A stretch of 64,000 bases of DNA, taken from Mantamonas sphyraenae STR306. Lineage: Eukaryota > Protista > CRuMs. A program made the position numbers and the translations under genes. Under the pieces are notes generated by a model that saw only the letters and a list, made by a program, of their open reading frames with translations, was not told where the DNA came from and did no database searches. The DNA lies in the NCBI GenBank assembly GCA_026936335.1, contig JAPMXV010000031.1, positions 62,001 through 126,000 on the forward strand. Direction: 5' to 3'. Position 1 is the stretch's first letter; each line of letters begins with the position of its first letter. Positions 10,961-23,288 of the stretch are shown here, in pieces.

Positions 10961-13900
10961 ATGACCACACCCACGACTTTCGACGCAGACGGTATGCACG
11001 TCGAGGTGCACGAGACCGCATCGGGCATGAAAGTGTACAGCGTGTCCAACGACGATGGCGAAGGGAGCCCACTTGTGTCTGGATTCTTTGCACTGTCCAC
11101 AGAGGCGTCCGACGACAAAGGCCTGCCCCACACCCTGGAACATCTGGTGTTTATGGGCTCCGAATCCATGCCCTACAAGGGTGTGCTGGACCTCATTGCC
11201 AACCGCCAGTTTGCCAGCGGTACCAACGCCTGGACAGACACAGACCACACCTGCTACACCCTCTCCAACGCTGGCAGCCAGGGCTTCCTCAAGGCCATTG
11301 GCGTCTTTCTCGACCACCTTCTTAACCCCACGCTCACAGACGAGGCCTTTTGCACAGAGGTCCATCACATCACTGGCCAAGGTGCGTTCCCAGCCTGCTT
11401 TTCTTTCCGTCGAATGTCCGCGCGCACACAAGGGCGCCGCTTTTTGGTCCTCTTCGTGCCGGCCTGCTCACACTCAACGGCGCGCTGCGGTTCCCCTACC
11501 CTGCTCGCTGGGACTTGGACATGTCTTGTTTCCACGTACACACGTGCATTTCACACCTTGGTGCATGTCCAGGCGAGGACGCAGGCGTAGTTTACTGTGA
11601 AATGGAGGGCCGCGAAAGCAGCGCAAGCTCCCAGGTGTGGCTGCGCTCGCAGCAGCTCATGTTTGCTGGCACAGGCTACCAGTACGAAACAGGCGGCCTG
11701 CTCAAGGACTTGCGCACTCTTACCAACGACGACATTCGAGCCTACCATGCCCAGTTCTACCGGCCGGACAACCTGGCCATCATCGTGTTTGGGCTCCCGG
11801 ACACCCAGGCGCTGCTTGACACCTTGGCTGCGTTTGAGGCGAAGCTCCTCTCTGCCCAACAAATGGATGCAAAGAAGGAGCAGCACCCGCGTCCGTGGAG
11901 CTCAGAGATGCCCGCGCTGACGGAGAGCTTCTGCGAAAAGGTGTACTTTCCCGACGAGAACGCCGACGACTCTGCAGGCACGGTGGCCATCTCATGGCGC
12001 ACACCACAGTGGACCAGCGATTTTGAACAGGTGGAAGCCATCAAGATGTTGTGGGACTATCTGACGCACAGTGCGGTGGCGCCCCTGACAGCCCGCCTTG
12101 TCGAGACTGCGGACCCCACTGCCAGTGACCTGTCCACGTCGCACCAGATCACAAGCCACGAGGGCTCGCTGCAACTGTGGATGAGCAACGTGCCTGTGGA
12201 CAAGCTGGACGGCGCCGAGGATGAGGTGATGGAGGGCCTGAAGCAGGTGCGCAGCGAAGGGATCGACATGGAGCGCATGTCTTCGTTGATCACTCTGCTG
12301 CGCAACAAACACTTTGAGGACCTGGAGGAGAACCCCAGCGATGCGTTGTGCATGGACGTCATCAACCACTTCCTGTACAGCTCGGACGACGCTTGGCTGC
12401 AGACCACCGTTCAGCGAAGCAGTGTGTTTGACAAGCTGGCCACAAAGACGGCGGACGAATGGCTGGCCCTGCTGGACACCATCATGGCAGCTCCACGAGT
12501 CACTGTCGTCGGTGTGCCCAGCGCAGAGCGCGCCGAGAGTCTGGCTTCAGAGGAGAAGCAGCGTGTGCAGGCGCAGGTGCAGGCCTTGGGTGAGCAGAAA
12601 TTGGCTGCTCTGGGCGACGAATTGGAGCGATGCATCCAAGCAAACGATGTGGAGGTGCCCCCCGAGTTGTTTGATGACTTTCCCGTGCCCGACGCCACTC
12701 TCATCCCCAGCTACTCTGTGGCCAACTGGAACAACTGGGCGGACAATGGTGACTCAGCCCTGGCCGAGGTACTTGCACAGCAGGGTGATCTGGACAAGTT
12801 GGGCATGGCCATGCAGTTTGACCGCATCCAGAGTGCATTTGTCACCATGTATGCGTACCTGGACACACGTGGTCTGACGTTTGACGAGATGATGCTGCTA
12901 GAGCTGTACAGTGAGCTCTTGTTCAAGACAGACGTGGTGGAGGACGGCACACGCCTTGGATACGAGGAGGTGGTCACCCAGTTGACCGAGGACACAGTGT
13001 CGTACGGCTGCGGCGCAGGCCTGAGCGAGTGGGCGTTCCAACCGGGCCAGTTTGGCACGTTGTTCCGCCTGTACGTCAAGCTGGAGCGTTCCAAGTACGA
13101 CCTGGGCGTGGATTGGGTGCGTCGCTTGCTGTTCCACACCGAGTTTACACGTGAGCGACTCACGGTGGCTGCCACCACGCTTCTCAACGAAATCAACGGC
13201 ATGCGTCGACAGGGACGATACATGTGCAGTGCCGTGCGCTACGAAATGATCTTTGGCAAGGCGACAACCGTGTACCGTACAGCCACGGCTCTGCGTCAGA
13301 ACCAGTTCCTCGCTTCGATTCTGGAGCAGCTGAACGATGACAGCTCAGCAACGCAGGTGCTGGAGACGTTTGAGGCCTTTCGTGCCAAGCTGGTGTCCAA
13401 AGAGGGCATCACGCTGCATGTGGTGGGTGACTTTCGCAAGACGAGCACAGCCGTGGTTCCTTGGACCGTGGAGGCGTTCCAGTCTGGCAGCAAGCCCAAA
13501 CCGCCGCACGCTGCTTACAGCTTTGAGGCACTGGATAGCGAATTTGTGCAGGGCAACAATCGTGGTTGTGTGCTGGGTATGGGTTCCATCGAGTCGTCCT
13601 ACCTGTTCCAGACGGCTCCGGGTCTGTGCGACTTTGAGGACTCCGACAAGGCGGCGCTGCTGGTGGCCATCGAGTACCTGATGGGCATGGAGGGCGTGTT
13701 CTGGAAGCAGGTGCGTGGTAAGGGACTTGCGTACGGCGCCAACATGCGCATGCTGGTGGACCGCGGGGTGATATGCTTTGACCTGTATCGCTCCACCGAC
13801 GTCCTGAGTGCATACTCGGCCTCGCACGACATTGTCAAAGGATTTGTGGAAGGTGGCGAGGAGGCCTACGAAAAGATCCGGTTCGAGTCCAGCATCTCGG

Positions 13901-14208
13901 TGTTGGTGTTTGAGATTGTGTCGCGCGCTTCCACGCGTGCTGGGGCGGCCAAGCAGTCGTTCTGGAATCTGCTGCGTGGCTCAGAGCAAGAGTCGCATAA
14001 CCAGTGGTTGCTGGAGCAGGTGCAGAACGTGACTGTGGCCGATGTTGCACGCGTGGTGAACAAGTACCTTGCCGCAGTTTTTGATCTGGACAAGAGTGTG
14101 CTGTCGGTGGCGTGCCAGGCGAGCAAGGCGGACGAGATCTGCAAGGGGTTCGTGAACATGGGCCGCAAGGCAACGGTGGTTACGGATGCAGATGCATTCT
14201 TTGCGTGA
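10961..14208 (+). CDS. M16 (insulinase/presequence-protease-like) zinc metallopeptidase
   Basis: Inverted zinc motif GLPHTLEHL and TNAWTDTDHTCY. Intron 11382-11572 joins EVHHITGQ/GEDAGVVYCEM. YHAQFYRPDN and VRGKGLAYG are also present. Confidence 0.9.
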
Positions 14209-14290
14209 GGAGGAAGGAGCCGGCTGCGAGCTGAGCAGAGCAAGTGCAGCAGCGCCAGCTCGAGGATAAACGGAGCTCATCACGCACCAT

Positions 14291-14953
14291 CTATTGCTGT
14301 TTACAATCCATGTCACCCTCGCTGGACTCGATCATCTTGCTGCGCTGTTCGCGGGCATAGGCCTCCTCGCGCAAGATCTGCTTGGGCTTTTCGTAGGTGA
14401 TGAGCAGTTTCTGCTTGTCGCTGTTGTACGTAAATGAGATAGCGTCCGAGTCAAGAGTGATATCGGCGCGGAGGAGGTCCTCGACGAGCCAGCGCTTGTA
14501 ATACTTCTTGTTGGAGGTGCGGAGGACCAGCTCTTGGGCGTCGCTGTCCACCTCGATGCTGTACACGTCTTGGTCATAGGGCAGGTTGGCAATGGTCCAC
14601 AGAAAATGCTTGGCGCGGTCCTTGCGCACAAACTTTGGCTGGTTGCTGGCCTTGCGGATGAGGCTGCTGCTGCTGCTGCTGCTGCTGCTTTCCGACTGGT
14701 TTTCGGGTGGAGTACCCACCTCGTAGGTCCACTCACCCTGGCCTCCGAACTGGTTCAGGCCACGAAACTTGCGCACAAGCAGCGTGTCCTTGCCACTGTA
14801 CTCCTCTACCATCTCCACGTCGGCAGAGAGTTCGGTGTGCACCTTCTTCACGCCATCTGTGACGATGCACGCCGATTTCCCGAGGCCGTAGATGGCCTTG
14901 GGCCACATATTGTATGTATTGGACTTTGTCTTGGGCTTCTGGGAGACACTCAT
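14291..14953 (-). CDS. DPCD: DPCD family protein
   Basis: DGVKKVH..EMVEEY..LLVRKFR..GEWTYEVG, NLPYDQDVYS, RTSNKKYYKR; ends in CKQQ. Confidence 0.9.
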   Translation of the reverse strand: MSVSQKPKTKSNTYNMWPKAIYGLGKSACIVTDGVKKVHTELSADVEMVEEYSGKDTLLVRKFRGLNQFGGQGEWTYEVGTPPENQSESSSSSSSSSLIRKASNQPKFVRKDRAKHFLWTIANLPYDQDVYSIEVDSDAQELVLRTSNKKYYKRWLVEDLLRADITLDSDAISFTYNSDKQKLLITYEKPKQILREEAYAREQRSKMIESSEGDMDCKQQ

Positions 14954-15038
14954 GGTGAGAGGAACAGACGAGGAGAGGAAGAACGAGCGCTGGCCGGAAC
15001 AGCGCAGGGCAGCAAAGAACGATCACAAACACACACCA

Positions 15039-16101
15039 ATGGGCAAGGTGAGACGATCGCGACGCGCGCCAATGGGGCGTCCGCAGGGACGCAAGTCAAT
15101 GATCAAAGGAAACCACAAGGGTCCGGTGGTGGTGAAGCCGCAGGATATTGCCGACGAAACGATTCGGTCCGCGTACGATGATCGAAAGACGCTGCGGCAG
15201 AACTACCAGCGCATTGGGCTTGCCACGGTGAACAACCGTGTGCCCAGGTCGCAGTACAAGCCGCTGGTGGACGACGAGGAGGCGGAGGAGGTTGTGCTGA
15301 CGGGTTTTGGGCGCGTGGTAGACGGCAAGGTGCAGATTGAAGAACGCCCTGCGCAGGAGAAGGAGCAAAAGGAGGTGTCAGAGGTGATGAAGGGTAAGTG
15401 CAGAGACAGCAGAGGCTATGGGGCGAGAGGGCAGGCAGAGGTCGCATGCGGAAATCCGTCACTTTGGATGCGCACGTGGTGGACAACGGGAAACCGGGTA
15501 ACATGGCGTGGTAAGCGACGTGAGCGCTGACTAACATGGTGTGCGTACCATACGTGGGCTTCCTCGTGTGTACACAGCTCTGGAAGCCAAGGCGAAGGAG
15601 GAACGTGTGTCGCGCACGGCCATGCATCACCTGAGCGAAAACCAGGTGGCGATGGTGGTGCAACTGACGTCCAAGTATGGCACAGACTACAAAGCCATGA
15701 GCAGGGATCTGAAGCTGAATCCGTGGCAGCACACGCCTTCGCAGCTTCGCAGATACGTGCGGAAGTACCTGGACGCGATGAAGGGCGTGGTGGACGAGGA
15801 GGATCTGGATGTGATTGCAGACGAGGTGGAGGTGGAAGTGGAAGTGGAGGAGGATGATGATGACGACGACAATGAGGAGGGTGAGGAGGACGGGGAGGAG
15901 GAGGAGCTCGCCGGACAACGATCAAGCAGCAAGAAGGACAAGAAGCAGAAGAAGCAGAGCAAGAAGCAGAAAAAGAAGCAGAACAAGCGAAAGAGCAAAA
16001 AGGTGCGGGACAAAGAGGAGGCGCGGGTTCGAGTTGTAAGCACGACGGTGAAGCCGCGGGCACGGGCCCAATCCATTTTGGACAATATTCTGGACGACTG
16101 A
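15039..16101 (+). CDS. NOP16: Nucleolar ribosome biogenesis protein Nop16
   Basis: YDDRKTLRQNYQRIGL and KYGTDYKAMSRDLKLNPWQHTPSQLRR; intron 15394-15577; acidic and Lys-rich tail. Confidence 0.88.
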
Positions 16102-16109
16102 GGGAGGGG

Positions 16110-17053
16110 ATGAGCAGCGACCGATCAGAAGAGGACACAACAAACACCAATGTGGAAGAAACTGACGAGGGTGACATTGATGTGAGCACGGAGGGAGGCA
16201 GCAGCAGTAGCAGTGGCAGCAGTAGCGGCAGCAGCAGCAGCAGCAGTAGCAGCACGACAACCTCCAGCAGCAGCAGTAGCAGCGGTGGGAGCACAAGCAA
16301 CTCCTCTGTGCAGCCACAGCTGGGCATCTCGGACTGGCTTGAGATTGACGCGTTGATCAGCAATGTGAGCGCAAACCCAAGGCAGGAAGGAGGAGGAGGA
16401 GGCGGAGGAGGGCAACGCCGAGGCCGAAGTAACAGCCACGATTCCAAGGAGATCGAGTTTGACCCGTGCAGCATTGTGGAGCCGACACAGCACTACGTGG
16501 GAAAGATGCGTCCGGCCGAGGATGTTATTGGGCGTATGCAATATGACACAGAACACTTTGACATCACAAAGTGCACTGTAGGATACGGTAAGTGAACACA
16601 TACAGGGCATGTTGAAGCATGGACAAGGCATTTGGTTGTCAGGAACCCCGTGTGCGGCCGGAGGGGTTTCCAAGAAGCGTCTCTGGAGTTCCAACGCAAA
16701 CACTGACCCCTTGCTGCGTTTTTCTCGTGGCTCTGCACACAGAGGAACGGTTTGCTGGCCTTGTGGAGATGCCCCTGTTACGCTTCATCTCATCAGGAGA
16801 GATTCCGCTGCATCGCATCCGCTATTTCTTGAATGAAGGCGAGCTTGTGTGGCATCGAGCGACAAAGATGGACAAGGTGTTTGACTCGACTGTGCCGGCC
16901 AAGGGCGGGGACAAGTCGTCGGATGCAAAGGAGGACAGCAAGGGCAAAGGCAAGCGCAAGAGCAATAGTCACAAGCATGACCACCTCGGTGATGACATTT
17001 TCAAGCGAAAGAACAAGACCCGCAACAGCAAGCACGGCAGGAAATCGTTCTAG
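16110..17053 (+). CDS. MJ1316 (predicted RNA cyclic-phosphate end recognition) domain protein, LENG9-like domain
   Basis: Removing intron 16588-16742 gives KMRPAEDVIGRMQYD...VGYEERFAGLVEMPL...EIPLHRIRYF...VWHRATKMDKVF. Confidence 0.82.
16198..16283 (+). repeat. (AGC/AGT)n coding trinucleotide tract (poly-Ser)
   Basis: Imperfect AGC run. Similar tracts lie at about 14664, 23253, 34678, 44467, 62453 and 63337. Confidence 0.8.
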
Positions 17054-17112
17054 TTTTGGTGACAATGCAAATCTCATGTCCATTCTTCCACTGTGTGCGT
17101 GGATCAAAATCA

Positions 17113-18693
17113 TCAAAGCTTGCTGGCCGTGATGAGCCGCTCGTGCATGGACTGGTCGACGCGTGCACGGACCTTGACGACGGCGAAAATGACGAGGAGA
17201 GCAATGACGATGGCTGCACTGATGCTGACACCGTACAGGATGGCAGTGAGGCTGTCGACTTGACGTTGCAACTGGTTGGCTGTGTCTTCGTCGCTCTTGC
17301 GGCTGGCCTCGCACACGGCAAGTTCGTCCTTGAGTGCGGCACAGGAGGAGCCCGGCCCTGCGTCAGCGCGCACGTTGCCCAGCTCCACCAGGCCGACCTT
17401 GTAGATGAGTGCTCCCAGAGTCCAACCGGTCTCCTGTCCAGCAAGGGTGTCCACGACGTCGATGGAGCGTGTGTCCGGGAAGCGATAGCCGTCGCCAAGG
17501 AGCGAGAGAATGAAGCCACCGTTGAAGCAAAACTCGGTCAAATAGTCCGGATCAGTGTTTGCGTGCATGGCCTCAAACTGCTTCCAGGACAGGGCGCATT
17601 GGCTATTGACCTTTGCGCGCAGGCATGCCAGGTTGGAGGTGCCCGAGCAGCCGAAAAAGTCAAAGGTGTAAAAGAAGGCGCTGAAGGCATAGATGTGCAG
17701 CGAAGCCGGCACGTCGGGCTGATACACGCCGTTGATGGCACAGTGGTCCTTTGTGGAACAGTACACGTCAAGGCCCAGGAGAGCCGTGCGTGCGGCGGCC
17801 TGGCAGGCCAGCGGGTTCCCTGTGCCGTTGATGTGGTACAGGCCACCGTTGAGTGTTGTGTTGAGGCCTGCAGGTCCACACGGATCCTGAACAACACCTC
17901 CCACGGGGGTGTTCTGCTGTTTGGCCAGGTATTCGCTCATGCGGAGGCTGGCTTGGTCTCGACCCCAGGTCAAGTAGCTGTGCGTGTACGTGGCAAAGGT
18001 GCGGTTGGCCACCAGAACATCAAACAGGTTGGCCAGCGGCTCTTCGGATGCCTCAAAGGTAATCTGTGTGGAGGCACCGCCCAAGTCGAGTGCCATGGCG
18101 CTGTTGTCTGAGGCGCCGATGCGTTTGCTCAGATAGTTCACCGTCAGCCAGCCAAAGACACCCTCCTCCTCGCCGCTCAGCACGCGTGCATCGCGGTCTT
18201 CAAAGCGGAACGGCAGGGCACGGAAGATGGTGCGGATCTGTGCAAAGATGGCGGCCGTTTGGGATGCATTCACGAGGCGCATCCCTGCGGTGGCACCGAG
18301 GACAATGAAGGTCGAGCTCTGTTGGTCGGCGGGCACGTTGTTCTTGGCAAAGTTCACCAGCGGGTCAAAGTACGTCTGCAGCCCCGACGGGTTGTCGGCA
18401 AACGCAGAGATGCCCGGCTTAATTTTAAGCGACGGGGCCTGCTGCTGAATGTCGACCTGCGGCAGGGTGAGAATGTTTGTCACGGGCGCGGTGTACTTGT
18501 ACACGTAAATGCGAGAGCCGCTGGAGCCTGCGTCGATCATGAGGCCGTAGCGTATGTCTGCAGCCTGTGCGAGGTCGGCGTTGTTGACGAGGAGCAGCAG
18601 GAAAAGCTGCGCCAGTGCAAGAGTCGTCGCGGCGACCAGAGCGGTGGGACGCTTTCCCACACGGCAAGCACGTGTAGTGGCCACTGTGTGCAT
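17113..18693 (-). CDS. GDA1/CD39-family NTPDase (apyrase)
   Basis: Apyrase conserved regions DAGSSGSR, ATAGMR, GEEEGVFGW, DLGGASTQ, GWTLGA; N-terminal signal and C-terminal TM. Start placed at MHTVATT, because the upstream ORF extension is antisense to the next gene. Confidence 0.93.
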   Translation of the reverse strand: MHTVATTRACRVGKRPTALVAATTLALAQLFLLLLVNNADLAQAADIRYGLMIDAGSSGSRIYVYKYTAPVTNILTLPQVDIQQQAPSLKIKPGISAFADNPSGLQTYFDPLVNFAKNNVPADQQSSTFIVLGATAGMRLVNASQTAAIFAQIRTIFRALPFRFEDRDARVLSGEEEGVFGWLTVNYLSKRIGASDNSAMALDLGGASTQITFEASEEPLANLFDVLVANRTFATYTHSYLTWGRDQASLRMSEYLAKQQNTPVGGVVQDPCGPAGLNTTLNGGLYHINGTGNPLACQAAARTALLGLDVYCSTKDHCAINGVYQPDVPASLHIYAFSAFFYTFDFFGCSGTSNLACLRAKVNSQCALSWKQFEAMHANTDPDYLTEFCFNGGFILSLLGDGYRFPDTRSIDVVDTLAGQETGWTLGALIYKVGLVELGNVRADAGPGSSCAALKDELAVCEASRKSDEDTANQLQRQVDSLTAILYGVSISAAIVIALLVIFAVVKVRARVDQSMHERLITASKL

Positions 18694-18781
18694 GATGAGT
18701 GGCTCTCTGTGGGTGCGGGTGTGGAACACGGGTGTTGCAGGCCACACAGAAGGGTTTGGTTTGGCTCCCGGCCCGCCAACG

Positions 18782-20780
18782 ATGTCCGGCAACCCGTTCA
18801 CCAGCGAGGGCAGCGCGGATGACGCGTACAACAGCAGCACCAGCAGCAGCAGTGGTGGGATGGGCAGCAGCATGTTCTCTTCTGGCATGCCTGACGTGGC
18901 AGTGACCGGGTCTGCACCCACGGTGCCTGTGCTCCAGGATACGTCCTCAACAGACAATGGCTCGGGAGCTGAGCTTCCAAGCACCTGGACAGACGTGAGC
19001 ATGAGTGCAGACACGGATTCCGTGTCCATCAGCGCTGGGCCTGCCACAGTGGGCGTGTCCAGCTCCTCCATCTCCGCCTCCGGCGTGTACGCCTCCTCTG
19101 CAAGCAGCTCCGCCAAGACAAGGTACGTCCATGCCCCCTGGCAGTTGTGTGTGCTCGTTCATCGGTCCTTCCCTTTGAATCTGCGTGTGTATTTGGCTCC
19201 TGTGTCTGCTCCAAAGCTCGGCTTTCGCCTCTTGTGTCGCCACTTCCGAGTGTCATTTTTCTTCTGCCCTTTCCTTCGCCAGCCTCCCACCGGCCCCGCA
19301 CATGCAGCTGCAGCCCACACGGCGCTGTAGTCCTGTACACTTGGTATCACATCACCCCCAACTCGTCGTGTTTGTTGGCCTGCGCGCCTGTGTGCCGGCC
19401 TGTGAGCTTGCTTGCCGTTGGCCCCCTCTGCCGTGACTCACACACCGGCCCTGTTCAAACCCCCCCCAACTGCACACACGCGCTCTGCGAATGTGTCTGC
19501 GTGCCCGCGTGGCCACCTTTGCCAGTGGCGACACTATATCCTCTTTCTTGGAGTATCCCGTGGGCGACATCATCGTGGACGACCCGCAGACGGTGGGCGA
19601 GTTTGGCTTCAGCTCGTACATCTCCTACCGTGTGCGCACCAAGCAGGGTTCCGAGGTGCGCCGCCGCTTCAATGACTTTCAATGGCTCTACGATACTCTG
19701 TATGCCCTTTATCCGGGCATTTTGATTCCGCCCATTCCATCCAAGGAGAACAAGCTCCTTGTCGGTGAGTTGGCGTTTCTCGCAACCCACTTTGCTTTTC
19801 CACAACGGCCTCAGCTCACACTCTCGCCGCTGTCCGTTTGGCCTTCCACCTGTTTGCCCCACCCCCCCCCCCCTTTCTTAGAGCACAAGGACGACACGTT
19901 TGTCAACATGCGCATGCGTGCGTTCCAGCGCTTTCTGAACCGGGTTGGGCTTCATCCGCAGCTGCGCCAGAGCGAAGACTATCAAGTGTTTGTCAATGGG
20001 CCTGAAAAGGCCTTCCAGGCCAAGAAAAAGGTGGTTGTCAAGTCTCCTCTGGACAAGGGCTTCTCCTTCTCTTCCCTGTTCAGCAGCGACGGGCCCGTGA
20101 GTTCCGATCAAGACACGGCCAAAACCACCGCCCAGAACTATCTGTACACACTGCAGTCACGTCTGAACCGCATCAGCATGTGCTCCCGCAAGGTCATCAA
20201 CCTCAAGAGCTCTCTGGCCACGGAGCTCGGCCACATGGGCGAGGCCATGGGAGAACTGGGCAAGGGCGAACCCGACTTTATCCGTCGCCCGCTGGAGCTG
20301 CTGGCCGAGACCCTGCCCGAGCACGAGGTCATGCTCACGGCAGAAGTGGACATGGAAGTCCAGGGCTTGTACGAAATTCTCGTCGACTACTCACGCATGA
20401 CCGAGTCTGCGCAGGGGCTCATCCAATCCCAAGACTTGGCGTCACAGCACGTCGCACAAGCAAACTCTGCGCTTCAGACCGCACGCAACAAACAAATCAA
20501 GCTGTCCAGCTCCAATGCAGGCACAAGCAAACTGCAGGCTGCAGAAAAGGGTGTGCAGGATGCCACCACGCAGGTCAACGTGGCAAACGACACGCTGGCC
20601 AAAATCAAGGAGAGCATGGCCGCAGAATTGGAGATGTTCCAGCTGCACAAAGCCAACGACTTTCGCAACATGCTTGTCTCGTGGACCAACGCCCAGCTCC
20701 TCTACCACGAGCAGATGGCTGCCAACCTGAAGCAGCTCCTGCCACAGATCGACCAGCTGTCCCAGCCACAAGACTCGTGA
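18782..20780 (+). CDS. Sorting nexin, PX-BAR type
   Basis: Ser-rich exon 1; introns 19123-19525 and 19765-19881; PX motifs VRRRFNDFQWL and IPPIPSK..RMRAFQRFLNRV; helical BAR C-terminus. Confidence 0.88.
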
Positions 20781-20827
20781 GCACGCTTCTCTGCTCCGCC
20801 ATTCGCAACCCGTCCTTCCACACTCGG

Positions 20828-20874
20828 CACACACACACACAGACACACAGACACACAGACAGGAAGAGAGAGAG
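20828..20874. repeat. (CA)n/(GA)n compound microsatellite between convergent genes
   Basis: cacacacacacacagacacacagacacacagacaggaagagagagag. Confidence 0.8.
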
Positions 20875-20896
20875 GGGGTCTCATCCAACAACGATT

Positions 20897-23250
20897 TCAC
20901 TGCAGAGGTTTCTGAAGCTCATCTCTCCTCCTCCACTCCTCCAGCCAAAATGCACCGGGGTCACTCTCCACGTCGGTGCCACGCATGCGTAGCACCTGTG
21001 CACTCTCCTTCCAGAATGCAACGCTCTTGAACGAGTCCAGACGACCGAGCAGTTTTTGCACGAGAATTTCCAGCAGCTGGTCGAGAACAGATACAGCCAC
21101 GGCGTCAGCGTAGTCCAGGATCCATGTGCGGCAGTGTCTCAGACCCATGTCTACAGACAGTACGCCTTGCTCGACCAGTCCAGCTACCAGACCACACCAA
21201 CTGGCAGCCTGACTGTTCAGATCCAGAACGAGTTCCACAGTACGCAGATCCAGCTGGGCCAGGGCTGTTGCCATGGCGTACGCCGTCTCCACAGCATTCT
21301 TATCCACCACCTGCAGCCAAATATCTGTGATAACATCGACATGGAGGCTGGAATCGCGCTGCAGACACGCAGTCAGCTCCTGCATCCCGGCCACTGTCGA
21401 TGCACGTCTGCACTCGCAAAACACCGCGCGTGCAAGCGTGGATGCCTGGGTTGAGCTAAGCACTGGCAACAGCGATGCCAAATTGTCGGCGTATGCCTGT
21501 TGCATGCCCGCGTCCATGCTGGCAAACCGGTCAGCGCTTCCCAGTTCAACCATCCATGCAAGAAGCGGCGGGTTGCGTCCTCCCATGGCCTCCTGTGCAC
21601 ACAAACGCACCAACAGAGCCTTGCACTGCTGGCCTGCGGCCGACTCTGCCAACCGGTCAGCCTTGGCAAGCCGCGTCACCACGGGCAGCCAATCCAGCGC
21701 AGGAAGCATGGGCCGCACTGCAAGCACACAGGCCAACACTACGCGAAGCGCATGCACCGCGTGAGATGACTCGTCTGCAGCAAAGCCCGACGCGAGATAG
21801 CGTACAAAGTGGCCCACAGGATGCGCTGTGGACAGCGAGGCGACATCAATGAGCGACTGGGCGTCGCCGGCGCCCGCAAGCGAGTCCAGCGACGAGGGCA
21901 CCTGTGTGAGCATCCTCTGGGCAATAAGCCCCAGTGCAATGGAACCCTGTCGACCCAACCGTCTGTTGGCACCGGTTCCCACCATGCTCATTGTGTCCAG
22001 GCACACCTTGTCAGCAATCGTGCTGTCTTGCCATCCTTTGCCCGTGTCCACAACGCCGCCTGCAACCAGACACGCAGCACCGAGCACACCTTGTTCACTG
22101 GCATCCCACTCTGCGTCCAGATACGCCTCCAGGTCAATGGCAGGGTGTCCTTCTGCGACTGCGTCGTGTACAGCGCTGCCCAGGGCCGCCATACAGGCCG
22201 ACGAGTCGTGTGCATGCTCATTCATGGCATCGATGGCACTTTGCACCTGTGAGGACGTCAAAATCGACAAGCGGTAGCCGTGGCGCACCAGAGCAGCCAT
22301 GGCTGTGCAAGTATTGTCATCTGCCGTCTTGTCGTTGCTCACCCACTCAAGGCACTCTTCATACCATGCATGAACCTTACCAGACGCACTGGGATGTGCT
22401 TCCATCCACAAGGCGATTGCGATCCCTGCCTCCTCTCGACCTTCTTGCAAGGCAGCCCAAAGCTGCGTGGCACTCAGCGCTCCCAGGCGTCCCGCAGCCA
22501 TAAGCGAGGCCTGCGTCTTGCGCAGCAGCTTGCTGGTTTGTGTTACACGCCTGTTCTCAGACTTGAGCCGAGCGCACATGTTGGCCAGGGCCAGTTCAAG
22601 GGCAGCACGAAGCCTATGGTGATCCTCGTGCTGCTCCGATTCGGCAATGGCTTGCAGACGCTCCAGGCACACATCCACGGTGGATTGTAGCAGGTGCACA
22701 CAGCTGAGGGGCAAGGCCATGGCCATGGCCATCATCGCCAACACTGTGTTCTCTGCGACGGCTGGCGAGGCGCCTTCGAGCATTGCCGTCCACTCCTGCG
22801 CGTGTTTACGGAATACCTGTTCCGTGGCCTCCAACTCACTGATGGCTGCGGTTCCATCACGGCTATCCAGCGAATGCTGCGCCAACAGACCGGCCACGAG
22901 CGCTGGCAACGCCTTCCGCATAAGATGCTGCCATCCCGTGCTCGCCAGGTACCGTTGCAGCCAATGGTCGCCATGAGACACGTCTTCAATCAGGTCGTCC
23001 ACCAGGTTGTCGTAAACCTTGGCTGTGGACACCAAATAACGTCGACTCGGCTTTGACGTGCGCTTCTTCTGCTTCGGTGGCTCGGGCGCGCGGAAAACCC
23101 ACAGCTGGGCCATGGCCAAGCCGGAACGCAGACCAGGCAGGGAGTTGGACCCGGTGTAAAGTTCCATCAGGCGCTCTGTCAACGTCTTGGCAGCCGCCAA
23201 CACGGCCGAGGCTGAGCGCACGCTCGATCCTTGCTGGGTGGACTGTCCCG

Positions 23251-23288
<38 letters not shown>

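Noticed and set aside
18694-19116. N-terminal 140-aa extension of the NTPDase ORF
   Set aside because: It is antisense to exon 1 of the sorting nexin, and a signal peptide starts at the later ATG.
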